Source: an uncultured Chlamydiae bacterium
Lineage (GTDB): Bacteria; Chlamydiota; Chlamydiia; Chlamydiales; JAJFMB01
NCBI GenBank assembly: GCA_963696295.1
Contig: CAVOJR010000001.1
Location: 2,112,001-2,176,000, forward strand
DNA length: 64,000 nucleotides
Reading direction: 5' to 3'
In this document: positions 47,726-57,427 of the stretch, in pieces
How the letters are laid out: each line of letters opens with the position of its first letter
Numbering within the stretch: the stretch's first letter is position 1
The notes under the pieces: generated by a model
The model's database searches: none
Seen by the model: only the letters and a program-made list of their open reading frames with translations
Told to the model about the DNA's origin: nothing
Translations under genes and position numbers: made by a program

Positions 47726-49181
47726 AACAAAAATAAAGATCGCTCCCAACTCCAAAGAGTCTGAGATGATGGTATTGGGCAGCATGCTCACCAGTATAAA
47801 CGCACTGAACATCGCAGCCGATATTCTTGATGACACCGATTTCTATTACACCGAGCACAAACTAATTTTCCAGGTGTTAAAAGATGCACATCAAAACGAT
47901 AAGCCAGCCGATCTGCATTTGGTCTGCGAAGAATTAAAGCGTAAGGACAGGCTCGCGGCAGTAGGCGGGGCCGCCTATCTGACTACTCTCGCTCAATATG
48001 CAGGCACATCCGCCCACATTGAGGAATATTGTGATATTTTGAAAAATAGGGCTTTTTCAAGACAAGCCATTTCGATCTGTGAAGATGGGGAGGAAGAGTT
48101 TTTACAAGACCCAGAAGACCCCGCAAAAACATTAGAAAAATATTCTAATAAATTTATTGAACTTAGTAAAAGATATTCTCCAAATGATAGAGTGTCGATT
48201 GGAGATATTTTATTTGGAAGCAATTCAATTGATTCAATCCCGATTATTGAAAAATTGCGAATTAGACAAGAATATTTCCAAAGTTATGGTGAAGAATTCA
48301 TAACGGGATTGCCAACGGGTTTTAAAGATTTCGATGACCGTGTTTCTGTTCTAGATAATACAAATATCATTGTTATCGCTGGACGCCCTGCAATGGGCAA
48401 AACGGCCTGCGCTCTAAGCATTCTGTGCAATATTTGTATGGATCAAGAATTGCCTGTTGGATTCATATCACTTGAAATGGGAGCAGATCAGCTTGCAGAA
48501 AGAATCCTTTCAATAAGAACAGGCATTTCAGGTGAGAAAATAAAAAGAGGAACTTTCACTGAAGATGAATTCAAAAAACTTAAAGATGAAGATGCTAAAC
48601 TCAGAAGCGCAAAATTTTTCATTCATGATCAAGCTATTGAAACTGTATCTCAAGTAGTTTCACGATCCCGAAGATTAAAAGACGAAGAGGATATCCGAAT
48701 TCTGGCAATCGATTATCTACAGCTTTTAGGTGTTAATGGCACGAGTGATTCTAGACAATACGAAGTAGCTGCAGTATCCAAGACATTGAAAGCGCTTGCA
48801 AGGGAACTTAAAATTCCGATAATTGTAGTAGCACAGCTTTCTAGAAAAGTAGAAGAAAGATCTGACAAACGTCCTCTCATGAGTGATCTAAGAGATAGCG
48901 GTCAAATCGAACAAGATGCTGATGCAATCATTTTTGTATATCGACGTGATTATTACGATAAAACTGACAAACCAGGTCAAGCGGAATTCATTCTTGTAAA
49001 AAATAGACATGGTTCTACAACAAGCGTCTCATTAAGTTTCCAATCGGACTGTGGGCGCTTTGGAAATTTATCTCATTCAGAGGTAATTGATGATTATGGG
49101 GAAACATCGGAAGAATTGACAACCAAGACTAACTCATCAAAAAAATTTCAAAAAAATAATTCTTACCTTAAGCGTGTTTAA
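47718..49181 (+). CDS. dnaB: Replicative DnaB-family helicase (Pgp1-like motor domain)
   Basis: GRPAMGKT, SLEM, IDYLQL, AQLSR, SDLRDSGQIEQDAD, KNRHG. Confidence 0.95.
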   Translation: MTETKIKIAPNSKESEMMVLGSMLTSINALNIAADILDDTDFYYTEHKLIFQVLKDAHQNDKPADLHLVCEELKRKDRLAAVGGAAYLTTLAQYAGTSAHIEEYCDILKNRAFSRQAISICEDGEEEFLQDPEDPAKTLEKYSNKFIELSKRYSPNDRVSIGDILFGSNSIDSIPIIEKLRIRQEYFQSYGEEFITGLPTGFKDFDDRVSVLDNTNIIVIAGRPAMGKTACALSILCNICMDQELPVGFISLEMGADQLAERILSIRTGISGEKIKRGTFTEDEFKKLKDEDAKLRSAKFFIHDQAIETVSQVVSRSRRLKDEEDIRILAIDYLQLLGVNGTSDSRQYEVAAVSKTLKALARELKIPIIVVAQLSRKVEERSDKRPLMSDLRDSGQIEQDADAIIFVYRRDYYDKTDKPGQAEFILVKNRHGSTTSVSLSFQSDCGRFGNLSHSEVIDDYGETSEELTTKTNSSKKFQKNNSYLKRV

Positions 49182-50805
49182 TATGGTTGACTTTGAGAAA
49201 TTGTCAGCCGAATTGCAAAAAAGTATCAAAGAACATGGGGATTATCTTCGTCCACTTTGGAATATTATTCTCGATTTAAAAGAAACTGATAGTGATTTTT
49301 ACTGGTTTGCAGCTGCTCTCCACGTTATTAACTATTTCAGTTGTGTCAAAGATCCCACTCCAGTTCATTTTTCAATCGTTCGGGAATTTTTGGAATCAAA
49401 TGCAATCACTGATATTGCAGCTGTTGATCTTCTTACAAGAGAACTGCTGATATATTGCCAAAAGTTTCAGCAAATGATTGTGAGTCAGTTTTCCGATAGG
49501 GAAAGAGGAATTCCTCTAGAAATGTATAAAGAGGGCGAATGTGCTATGCCATCAAGAGATAAATTGAAAGGATATGGCTGGGATCAAGATGGATGCAATT
49601 TGCTAGATTTCATATTTTACAATTTTTTAGAAACCATTGGAAAACGAGGAAAAAAATTAGCTAAAAATATTCGTTTAGATTCTCAAAAAAGAATGAATAT
49701 TTTTCGTCGTTCTAATTTTAATGATATCGATAGGCCTAAATTGTGGCGTCTTTGGGTAAATGATAAAGGTGGGCGTCTTTCGATTATCAGCCCATATTTA
49801 ACCATATTAACTGAAGCTGTCTGGGTTGATAATGCCGAAAAAAAATGGAAGAAAGCTTCACCAACATCAGTTCAGAAAATTCCAATAAACCTATTCAATG
49901 TCATGTTGACAACTAAAGATGCAACGCTAAATAAGCTTCAAAGGAGAATTAATGAGATATCAAATAAAATTTCTGAAACAAAGGATGCAAAAAAACTTAA
50001 GCAATTAAAAGAGCAGCTTAAGATAGCAAACCTAATTCATAAAAAAGCGAATTTAAATTTTCCTGAAGATTTTCATTTCAGTGTTTATGAACAATATGCG
50101 ATTTACGGGGGCTTCAAACTACTTAATGAAAAGAGATTTGAACCTGTAGAAATGTATTTTAGTGATATTTTGGAGGTTTTGAATTTTAAAATTAACAAAG
50201 GTGAAATTACAGAGATAAGAAAAGCTTTTCACAAGCTAACAACTCAAAAATTTCCATGTTATTTGTTCTATCCTAGTAAAGAAGATCCAAATATTTTTAA
50301 CTACGGCGAGGGTGGTGATGAACCTATATTTAAAATTTGGGAATTCGGTTCAGTAAATTTAAATATAGATCTTTCTGATAACAATATTGTTAAGAAAAAA
50401 CTCTATCTATCTATTGCTAATGCGGCTCTTTTGAACGACCTGAATAGTTTTTATTCCATCATAAATAGCAATCTCCTAGCAGAGTTGCGAGATTTTAAGA
50501 AAGTCTCAGAAGATGATCTATATTTTCTTGCCTTTTTATTAAAGGAGATGCACTTCAATAAAAAAAATACAGTCATAAGTCTTACTGAGATTTGCAAGAG
50601 AATAAAAAAATTCGATTGGATTTCAGAAGATGGTAATTTGCTTAGCAGAGAATATAAAAGGCAAATGAAAAACAAGGTCTCTAATATTCTTGATTTCTTA
50701 AAAAAACAAGATCTTATTACAAAATATCAGATTAAAGAAGACCATGTACATATATTTTTTAAAATCACGTCAAAAGATGGTCCCTTGCTCCTCGAAGAAC
50801 TATAA
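49174..50805 (+). CDS. Putative replication initiator, C-terminal half Pgp2-like
   Basis: Follows dnaB and precedes iterons. EIRKAFHKLTTQKF, PIFKIWE and LLNDLNSFYSIINSNLLAELR resemble recalled Pgp2 (ALEALYHLGHQPF, PIIRIYE, LVDQIESYFVIKPANVYQEIK). Confidence 0.55.
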   Translation: MFNMVDFEKLSAELQKSIKEHGDYLRPLWNIILDLKETDSDFYWFAAALHVINYFSCVKDPTPVHFSIVREFLESNAITDIAAVDLLTRELLIYCQKFQQMIVSQFSDRERGIPLEMYKEGECAMPSRDKLKGYGWDQDGCNLLDFIFYNFLETIGKRGKKLAKNIRLDSQKRMNIFRRSNFNDIDRPKLWRLWVNDKGGRLSIISPYLTILTEAVWVDNAEKKWKKASPTSVQKIPINLFNVMLTTKDATLNKLQRRINEISNKISETKDAKKLKQLKEQLKIANLIHKKANLNFPEDFHFSVYEQYAIYGGFKLLNEKRFEPVEMYFSDILEVLNFKINKGEITEIRKAFHKLTTQKFPCYLFYPSKEDPNIFNYGEGGDEPIFKIWEFGSVNLNIDLSDNNIVKKKLYLSIANAALLNDLNSFYSIINSNLLAELRDFKKVSEDDLYFLAFLLKEMHFNKKNTVISLTEICKRIKKFDWISEDGNLLSREYKRQMKNKVSNILDFLKKQDLITKYQIKEDHVHIFFKITSKDGPLLLEEL

Positions 50806-50871
50806 AATGGTACACTATCTTCCCACGAATGGTACACTATCTTCCCACGAATGGTACACTATCTTCCCACG
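50806..50871 (+). repeat. Three perfect 22-bp tandem repeats (iteron-like origin)
   Basis: AATGGTACACTATCTTCCCACG at 50806, 50828 and 50850, followed by an AT-rich tract. Confidence 0.92.
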
Positions 50872-51233
50872 CTCATATTTTGTAACCATAAAATAATAAA
50901 TGACATAGACACAAAAAAAGTGCTGCGTAATATTCCTTAATACCCCCCTAAAGGGGGTAGGGATTCACCCCTACACCCCCTGACGGGGGTCGGGGCTCAC
51001 CCTCCCTCGAACTTCAGAGTCTCATTTAATCAAGAGCAGACGAAAGATGTCTTTTCACTAGATCCCTCACAAAGCCCAAAGCTCCGGAAACCTATCTTCC
51101 AAAGCCTGTCTTTGAATCATTCTCATAACATCGCTCAGAAGGCCTTTTAAAGCCTTTACAAGCGATTTCCTGTGGTCAAACATGTTTCAATTGTTTTGAT
51201 GCAAAGTCGTGCCTGAAGCATTACAAAGAGGTT

Positions 51234-54056
51234 TTAGCGTACAATCGCCTTGATCTCTGAGGGGGAGTTGCCTTTCCTCTTCAAACGCTTCACAAATTCG
51301 GCCTTGGCTGCTCCACTTTTAAGCTGTCGATATTCGGATTGAAGATTGATTTGATCGCGTTTTTCTTTCAACTTTTTGTAAACTCCACCGAGTCCGTAAG
51401 AGTAAAAGCCTGATCTCAAGCCCTGTCCAAGCAGCGACCCCACACCGAAACTGATGGTGCTGATAGGGACTTTGAAGCCTACAAGGAATTCAAGCGCATT
51501 TTGAATTTCTGTACCAACAACGGCCGCAAGAACAGTTCGAATGAATTTGTTTTCAGGAAGCGTTTTGTCGATCATTTCCATAGCTTTTTCTATGAATCTT
51601 TCTTCGGATACATTCTCTTTGGCATCGCGGACCATTTGCTCGGCCACTTTCTTGCCCTCAGAGCGCATTTTGTTGAGGTCGGATAGTTCCACCCCGCCTT
51701 CACTCGCAATTTGCCTTAAACGCGTTTCTGTGGGGTTTTTGGCGTATTCTTTGAGAAGCTGATCCAACACTCTGACTTTGATGTCAAAAAGCTTGTTTGC
51801 GCGTTGGTCGAGGGCCTCCATTGTCTTCTTCTGCTTGATGAAGTCTCGTTGGAAGGCTTCCAAGTCAGGTCTTAGGCTTTTCAGGATCTGCTTTGTGATG
51901 CTAGCTCCCGGCTGTTTCAGCGCATACAATTGGCTGACGCGGTCCAGCTGGCGTCCCGCCTTTGCTCGGTTGATTTCCTCGTTCTTACGAGTTAGCTTAA
52001 ACGCATTATTCAGGTATTCCAGTTCTTTTGCTGCTGTCTTGTATGCTTTGGAGCGCTTAGATACGCCTTCCAGTGCTGATGTTTTTTCTTTGATGGATGT
52101 CTCTGCCTGCTTCAAAAAATTGCTGTATGCTTCTTGGTACGCGTCCAGCATCCGGACATAGCGATCGCGATAAGGGGCTTCCGGTAGTTTGCCTTTTTTG
52201 AGCAGTGATTCAAACTCATGGATATACTTAGTATCGCGTTCAAACATGCGCTGCCATTCTTTGGCCGTCTCCCCTTCAGGGTTGCGAGCCGCTTCTTCCA
52301 ATTCCGCCATGTGCTTTTCGATTGGCTCTTTGAGGGCTTCTTTGCTGAATGGCTCAACGCCCTTTTCCGCTATGGCGATCAGGCTCTTTTGCTTTTTCTG
52401 AAGGTCGACGAGCTCCTCCTGCTTGGAGCGAAGTGCGCTTTCATAGAGCTTGCGATCTTTAGCGCGGGGATCCTGGGCAGCACCTTCCAGGGCGGTGATA
52501 TCCTCACCGGCGCGGTCTATTAGCGTTTGCAGCTGTTCAGCTCCTTCTTGGGCCTTTTGTCTCTTTGCCTGCTCTTTTTCGGTAAGGGGCCGCATTTTCG
52601 CTGCTTCTTTTTTCCGCTCACCCTCCAGCGTCTCCTCGATAGGACGTTCAGCCAGGGCCTCTGCTGTTGCTCTTGGCTCAGGGGTTTTGATGTTGCGCAA
52701 GGTCTCCATCACGCTTTTGGCTGTCTCTCTTTCTGGTCCGATATAGCTCTTGGTGACGTCGTTGATGATGCGCTCCACCTCTCTGACATCCGATGCGTCC
52801 ACCCCCTGGGCCTTCATCTCTTTCGCCACATCTCGGGCGATCACCTCCGGCTTTTCCCCGGTCATCCTGATCGCATTCTCTACTCTTTTCATCGCCTTGG
52901 GGACTTTTCCCGCTACATTCATCCCGAGAATCATCGCAAAAGTGTCGGCTATCTCTCCGGAAGTGGGCAGTTCGCCTTTTGCTGCTGCTTTAGCGCCAAG
53001 TAAACCTGTACCCTCTATCGCTGTTTTCAGTGCCGCTTCTGGCGCTTTGCTCTTCTCTATGAGTTTTTTCAGCTGCGGAGAGGCGGCTTTTAATGCGGGG
53101 AGAGCTTCACCTAAGATAGAGAAAATAGCGCCTTCTGTCGCACCTGATAGGCCCTCTTGTGCTATTTTATTTCCCGACCGGATAAAATCCTCAAAGCTTC
53201 CTTCAAAACCGCGCGATTGCCATTGATGATATTCGGTAAGCGCCTGGTCAAGTACGGCCGGTAAACCTAATGCTCCAGCGCCTCCTCCGACAATCCCTCC
53301 GGCTGCTGTACCAAACGGCCCAACAGTGGAACCTAACGCGGACCCAGCCTGGGCGCCCAGTGTGCCACCAGCGGCGTAATAAGGTATGTTTCCAGCGATA
53401 CCACCCGCTCCGTGCATTAGCCGTTCAAGAAAATTAGCCTCTGGGCCTAATGCGGTGGCCTTTTCAAATTCTTCTGCTGGCATGCCTCCCAGTATCGCGG
53501 GTATGCGGCCGGAAATAGAGCCCTTCAGCCCTTTTTGGAAGGGAGATAAGACCCCCTCGCCCTCAGCTGCTGGCGCTGCCCCTCCCGCCTGCTCTCCACC
53601 AGCATATCTTTCGGGCGACTGAAACTCCTTAATCGCCTGCAAAAGTGCCTGCTCTTGGCCCACATGGGGAGCTAGAGCATTGGCGCGGTTCATCAAGGCT
53701 TCCCACTCATCCAGGCCGATTTGACTAAGCTGGTCATTATCGAAGCCCAAGTTTTTAAAATAGCCACTGATGTCTTTGATGGTGAGCGGTTCAACCGGTT
53801 TCGGCTGCTTGAAATTCTCGACGGCGATCAGTCTTTGAATGGTCGGATCGAGATGCTCGAAATTAGGTACACCAAGCTGCTCTCCATAGCTGCGCATCGC
53901 CTGGGCCCTCTGCTGCTGAGCTGCTTGTTGCTGCTTCATCTGCCCCAATTGGGCTAGCTGGGGCAACATCTGACCCGTCGACCCTGCTCCAGCTGCCGCG
54001 CCTCCGAGTAAAGATTGTAGAAAGCTTTGTTCTCGATTCCGCAAAACTTGGACCAT
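51234..54056 (-). CDS. 940-aa Gly/Ala-rich and coiled-coil protein, candidate phage DNA-ejection/internal virion protein
   Basis: Q/A-rich N-terminus, glycine-zipper GGTLGAQAGSALGSTVGPFGTAAGGIVGGGAGALG, long coiled coil; co-oriented downstream of terminase. Confidence 0.5.
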   Translation of the reverse strand: MVQVLRNREQSFLQSLLGGAAAGAGSTGQMLPQLAQLGQMKQQQAAQQQRAQAMRSYGEQLGVPNFEHLDPTIQRLIAVENFKQPKPVEPLTIKDISGYFKNLGFDNDQLSQIGLDEWEALMNRANALAPHVGQEQALLQAIKEFQSPERYAGGEQAGGAAPAAEGEGVLSPFQKGLKGSISGRIPAILGGMPAEEFEKATALGPEANFLERLMHGAGGIAGNIPYYAAGGTLGAQAGSALGSTVGPFGTAAGGIVGGGAGALGLPAVLDQALTEYHQWQSRGFEGSFEDFIRSGNKIAQEGLSGATEGAIFSILGEALPALKAASPQLKKLIEKSKAPEAALKTAIEGTGLLGAKAAAKGELPTSGEIADTFAMILGMNVAGKVPKAMKRVENAIRMTGEKPEVIARDVAKEMKAQGVDASDVREVERIINDVTKSYIGPERETAKSVMETLRNIKTPEPRATAEALAERPIEETLEGERKKEAAKMRPLTEKEQAKRQKAQEGAEQLQTLIDRAGEDITALEGAAQDPRAKDRKLYESALRSKQEELVDLQKKQKSLIAIAEKGVEPFSKEALKEPIEKHMAELEEAARNPEGETAKEWQRMFERDTKYIHEFESLLKKGKLPEAPYRDRYVRMLDAYQEAYSNFLKQAETSIKEKTSALEGVSKRSKAYKTAAKELEYLNNAFKLTRKNEEINRAKAGRQLDRVSQLYALKQPGASITKQILKSLRPDLEAFQRDFIKQKKTMEALDQRANKLFDIKVRVLDQLLKEYAKNPTETRLRQIASEGGVELSDLNKMRSEGKKVAEQMVRDAKENVSEERFIEKAMEMIDKTLPENKFIRTVLAAVVGTEIQNALEFLVGFKVPISTISFGVGSLLGQGLRSGFYSYGLGGVYKKLKEKRDQINLQSEYRQLKSGAAKAEFVKRLKRKGNSPSEIKAIVR

Positions 54057-54328
54057 GATTAAACTCCAAAAAAACAGCTAAATTAAATCCTTAATTTTAC
54101 AACAAACGAGGTGATATTGCTAGAAAATAGTAAATTAAAATTCGACTTTAGGCGTCTTCACAGGATGAAATTGCTTTGTATCGAGTTCGGGCCAGAATCT
54201 CTTTGGACCTGAATTGTTCACCGGGGGGAGTGCAGAGAAATTGCCATACCCCGAAGCTCTTGGAGAAATCGGCTTCAATTCGGCTTCGTTCAACGGTGGG
54301 GAATAAGGTTTTTTTCCCATGATCCTCC

Positions 54329-55642
54329 CTATTGCTTTCGAATTGAAGGAACATAGTTCATATATTTATTTGAATAGTTGCCTCCCCACCCAGCAGATGA
54401 ATTATCTGTCTGATTAACCGCGGGTTTCAGAAAAAGCTTCTTCCCGAAATGGGTATATATGCAATAGCGTAGTCCGTCTGTCAAATGGTCGTTAACTTTA
54501 TGCGGCGCATCTTCCCCGCGTTTAGCAGCTGCCTCGTCCCAACTGTATGATTGCAATTCCCCAATTAAATGCCGGCATGATCGCATGACCTTGAGATCGC
54601 CGTTTGCGATTAAACTGCTCAGTGAGCGTATTCCATCCAGAACTGAATTGTTCGCATCAACGAGATGAACCCCCATATCATGCCGGCGGCATTCCATCTT
54701 GAACGCCGCAGCTGAAGGGTCGATATAAAGGTTTGTCACATTCGGTCTTTGATTTACAAACTCATATAAATCCCGGCAATAGTCCGTGTCGGTTTTACCA
54801 GGGCTTTTCTTAGCGCTGTGATAATATTCCGATTCGACCCAAAGCGCCGGGCTTAACTCGTCGTTGAAACCAACCAGGACAAAGCCAGTCGCATTGCTGA
54901 AGCCGATATCTGCTCCCGCAATATAGTATTTCGCAGGGCCTGGCGCGCGGGCGATAGTGTGAATCTGTTCATCGAAAAAGGGAAAGATCGCACCCTCGGC
55001 CATGCACCATTCGCCGGCAATAAATCGCTTATAGTAGACGCCGTGGTGCTGGCGACGTAGGAAATTCTTATCTTCCTCTTTTAAAAGGGGGTTGTCGTCC
55101 AAGGTGAAGTAAAATGTGATCACATCTTCGTTGTCATCTATAAAGTTTGTTTTTAACCAGTGTCCGCTTGAATCCGGGTTCGTCGTCGCAAAAACCCGGC
55201 CGCCATTCATCGCGGTCCTTTGAAGCAAAACGATCCAAAATGATTCCGGTAGAACAGAAGCCTCATCCACAAGCGCAGCTTGCAGCGTACATCCTCGAAG
55301 CTTGGACTCAGCACGCTGATCACTGGCACCGATGAGATGAATTTTTCGACCCCAAAGCTCTACTTGCGAGATGCCGGAACGGTAGACTACATCACCCCCA
55401 ACCAGGTCGCGCAAAATCGGCAAAACGTTTCTTCGAAAGGCGTTCTGGTCTCTTGTGCATATGGCGAAATCACCCGGCGGCGCTTCAGCTGCTTCGATCA
55501 GAAAACGGAGAGTAGCACTGAAGCTTTTGCCCGATCGGACCGCGCCCGACCAGAGATTAATTTTCGCATTGCTCTGCGCTATCGCCATCTTCTGCTTCGG
55601 TGAGAGCATCGCCTCGGATATTTGCTGCAAGTCGCTTGACAT
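54329..55642 (-). CDS. terL: Phage terminase large subunit (PBSX-like)
   Basis: Walker A GAVRSGKS, LRG, Walker B ALVDEA, ATTNP, DDNP, nuclease GADIG, IDPSA, NDHLTDGLRY. Confidence 0.92.
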   Translation of the reverse strand: MSSDLQQISEAMLSPKQKMAIAQSNAKINLWSGAVRSGKSFSATLRFLIEAAEAPPGDFAICTRDQNAFRRNVLPILRDLVGGDVVYRSGISQVELWGRKIHLIGASDQRAESKLRGCTLQAALVDEASVLPESFWIVLLQRTAMNGGRVFATTNPDSSGHWLKTNFIDDNEDVITFYFTLDDNPLLKEEDKNFLRRQHHGVYYKRFIAGEWCMAEGAIFPFFDEQIHTIARAPGPAKYYIAGADIGFSNATGFVLVGFNDELSPALWVESEYYHSAKKSPGKTDTDYCRDLYEFVNQRPNVTNLYIDPSAAAFKMECRRHDMGVHLVDANNSVLDGIRSLSSLIANGDLKVMRSCRHLIGELQSYSWDEAAAKRGEDAPHKVNDHLTDGLRYCIYTHFGKKLFLKPAVNQTDNSSAGWGGNYSNKYMNYVPSIRKQ

Positions 55643-56048
55643 GTGTTTGATTGTCCTGTGAAATTTGTTCTCGATCCCAGCCGATGTCTTTGAAAATATT
55701 GCGCATTATGACCGTCCATACCGTCGGAGATCCGCCTTTATATCGACCCCTCATAAGCTGATTTCCATGCTCCATCCAGACCTTATAACGTGCTGATTTT
55801 GCTTGTTGCATCTTGATGGACGGGAACTCATTAGGGTTTTCTTTAATGTATCGCTCCATGGTGTCCCAGCTTACGGAATGGGTCGGATGATCGAAGAAAA
55901 AGGCCTCTTTCGGTAGACCGGATGCTATGTGAGCACAATATTGCCGGTAAGCTTCCTGTCTGACATCCGCGTCTTTAAGCTTAACCCCTCTTTTATTGCC
56001 GAGGGGTGGCGGCGGATAATTGCTTTTAAATTTTTTTGTCTCTGTCAT
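55557..56048 (-). CDS. terS: Putative terminase small subunit
   Basis: Overlaps terL 5' end; PPLGNK start, helical HTH-like region, WTVIMRNIFK..GW. Confidence 0.6.
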   Translation of the reverse strand: MTETKKFKSNYPPPPLGNKRGVKLKDADVRQEAYRQYCAHIASGLPKEAFFFDHPTHSVSWDTMERYIKENPNEFPSIKMQQAKSARYKVWMEHGNQLMRGRYKGGSPTVWTVIMRNIFKDIGWDREQISQDNQTHVKRLAANIRGDALTEAEDGDSAEQCEN

Positions 56049-56060
56049 AGTTAACCTGTG

Positions 56061-56408
56061 TTAATTAAAAGCTGTTGTCGTATTGCACGCCTCCTGCATG
56101 GCAAGATAGTCGCCGAGTGTCTTGAGCAAGTCGGGATGCTGCCAAAATGCGAGATCGTAGGGCGTTGCATCGATGCCTTCTTTCAAGAGAGCCTTGGTTC
56201 GGTTGGATACCGTCCAAGGGTCTAATAGCACCGGATTGGCTTCGAAAAATGGTAGACTGCGCTCCGCCTGGTCGATTGACTTGAAAATCTCAAGAGCTAG
56301 TGGTGCATATTGCTCACCGAGCTTTTGATATAGCATGGCATCGCCCGATTTAAAGGCGGCTTCAATTTCGTGAATTGCTGTTGTTAGCTTGTCTTTGTAA
56401 TTATTCAT
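56061..56408 (-). CDS. Hypothetical protein
   Basis: RBS GAGGTG before MNNYKDK; in the ter operon. Confidence 0.6.
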   Translation of the reverse strand: MNNYKDKLTTAIHEIEAAFKSGDAMLYQKLGEQYAPLALEIFKSIDQAERSLPFFEANPVLLDPWTVSNRTKALLKEGIDATPYDLAFWQHPDLLKTLGDYLAMQEACNTTTAFN

Positions 56409-56542
56409 GCGTTCACCTCGAAAGGTTAATGTTTTAGTATAATTCATTTATGTTGTTTGCAACAATGATCTTATCAAATATTTGTATCACTTTTGGTCAT
56501 CTGCTGTCTTAAATTGTGGCTCTCATTATGGAAAGCCTGTCG

Positions 56543-57010
56543 TTACAGTTTATGAATTTCTTTCATCAAACTTTTTTTAAACGTTTCATATGTTTTAAGA
56601 AGTGATTGATTGTTGCTGTTTCTGGCATCATCTATTCTCTTGTCTAATTCATCTATTTCTTCATAAATTTTTTTCCTTTTTTCCTCTTTTTCCTTCCTCA
56701 TTTTCATTATTTCTTTCTCTCTGATGGTAGCTTTATTCACCATCCATGGCTTCATAGATATTGGTTGTGTTATAAGAAATTCAGCAAATGAGGTGATAAA
56801 TTCATTTTGTTCTTTTATGAGTTCTTCCCCATTTTGTGAAATAAATGAATCAATTTCTTCTTTTGTTGCATCAATCTTATTTAAGGCAAAATTTACAGCT
56901 TCGTCTGAAGTTGGGTCCTCAAAAGCAACCAAAATATGATATAGATCTATTCCCAGATCGGTTAAATCGTTTGTTTTCCCAAATTTTGAGATCATTTGTT
57001 CTACTGTCAT
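56543..57010 (-). CDS. Hypothetical protein with C-terminal coiled coil
   Basis: AT-rich ORF, RBS AAAGGGA; shares a PW.V sequence with the downstream ORF. Confidence 0.55.
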   Translation of the reverse strand: MTVEQMISKFGKTNDLTDLGIDLYHILVAFEDPTSDEAVNFALNKIDATKEEIDSFISQNGEELIKEQNEFITSFAEFLITQPISMKPWMVNKATIREKEIMKMRKEKEEKRKKIYEEIDELDKRIDDARNSNNQSLLKTYETFKKSLMKEIHKL

Positions 57011-57026
57011 AGTATCCCTTTTTTTC

Positions 57027-57266
57027 TTAAGTGTTATTTTTACAATCATTTTCAGATTTTTCTTTGAGCCATTGGCAAAGCGCAGCCCTTGAAAAAATTA
57101 ATTTGTGATCAGATATTTGTATGGATGGAGGGGCACGACCCCGTTTTCTTGACCAAGATAAATCTGATAACGATTTATACAAGCCAGTTTTAACGAGATC
57201 TTTAGGCCTTAATATTTCTGGATAGTTCTTTTCAATCTCACTGATCATAAGATCAATACTATTCAC
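57027..57266 (-). CDS. AlpA/excisionase-like HTH protein
   Basis: ILRPKDL...RGRAPPSIQI...LIFSRAALCQWL. Confidence 0.7.
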   Translation of the reverse strand: MNSIDLMISEIEKNYPEILRPKDLVKTGLYKSLSDLSWSRKRGRAPPSIQISDHKLIFSRAALCQWLKEKSENDCKNNT

Positions 57267-57427
57267 ATTCCCACTTCCTTTAATTTAAGCAGCCCTACGA
57301 ATCTCGAAGAGCCTTTGTCAAATAAATCACTACGAAAGTAAAACATTTTAAGTGTAATGTCAATGATATTGTGTATAATCACAAACAAATGGCTATTAAA
57401 TAGCCACAATTAATAATAAAGATGAGT

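Noticed and set aside
50806..50871. Mini-CRISPR
   Set aside because: Head-to-tail repeats without spacers; the context fits iterons.
54135..54354. Small ORFs between terL and the 940-aa gene
   Set aside because: Short overlapping frames without motifs. The 54135-54320 frame has a GGGAGG RBS and may be real, but no function can be supported.
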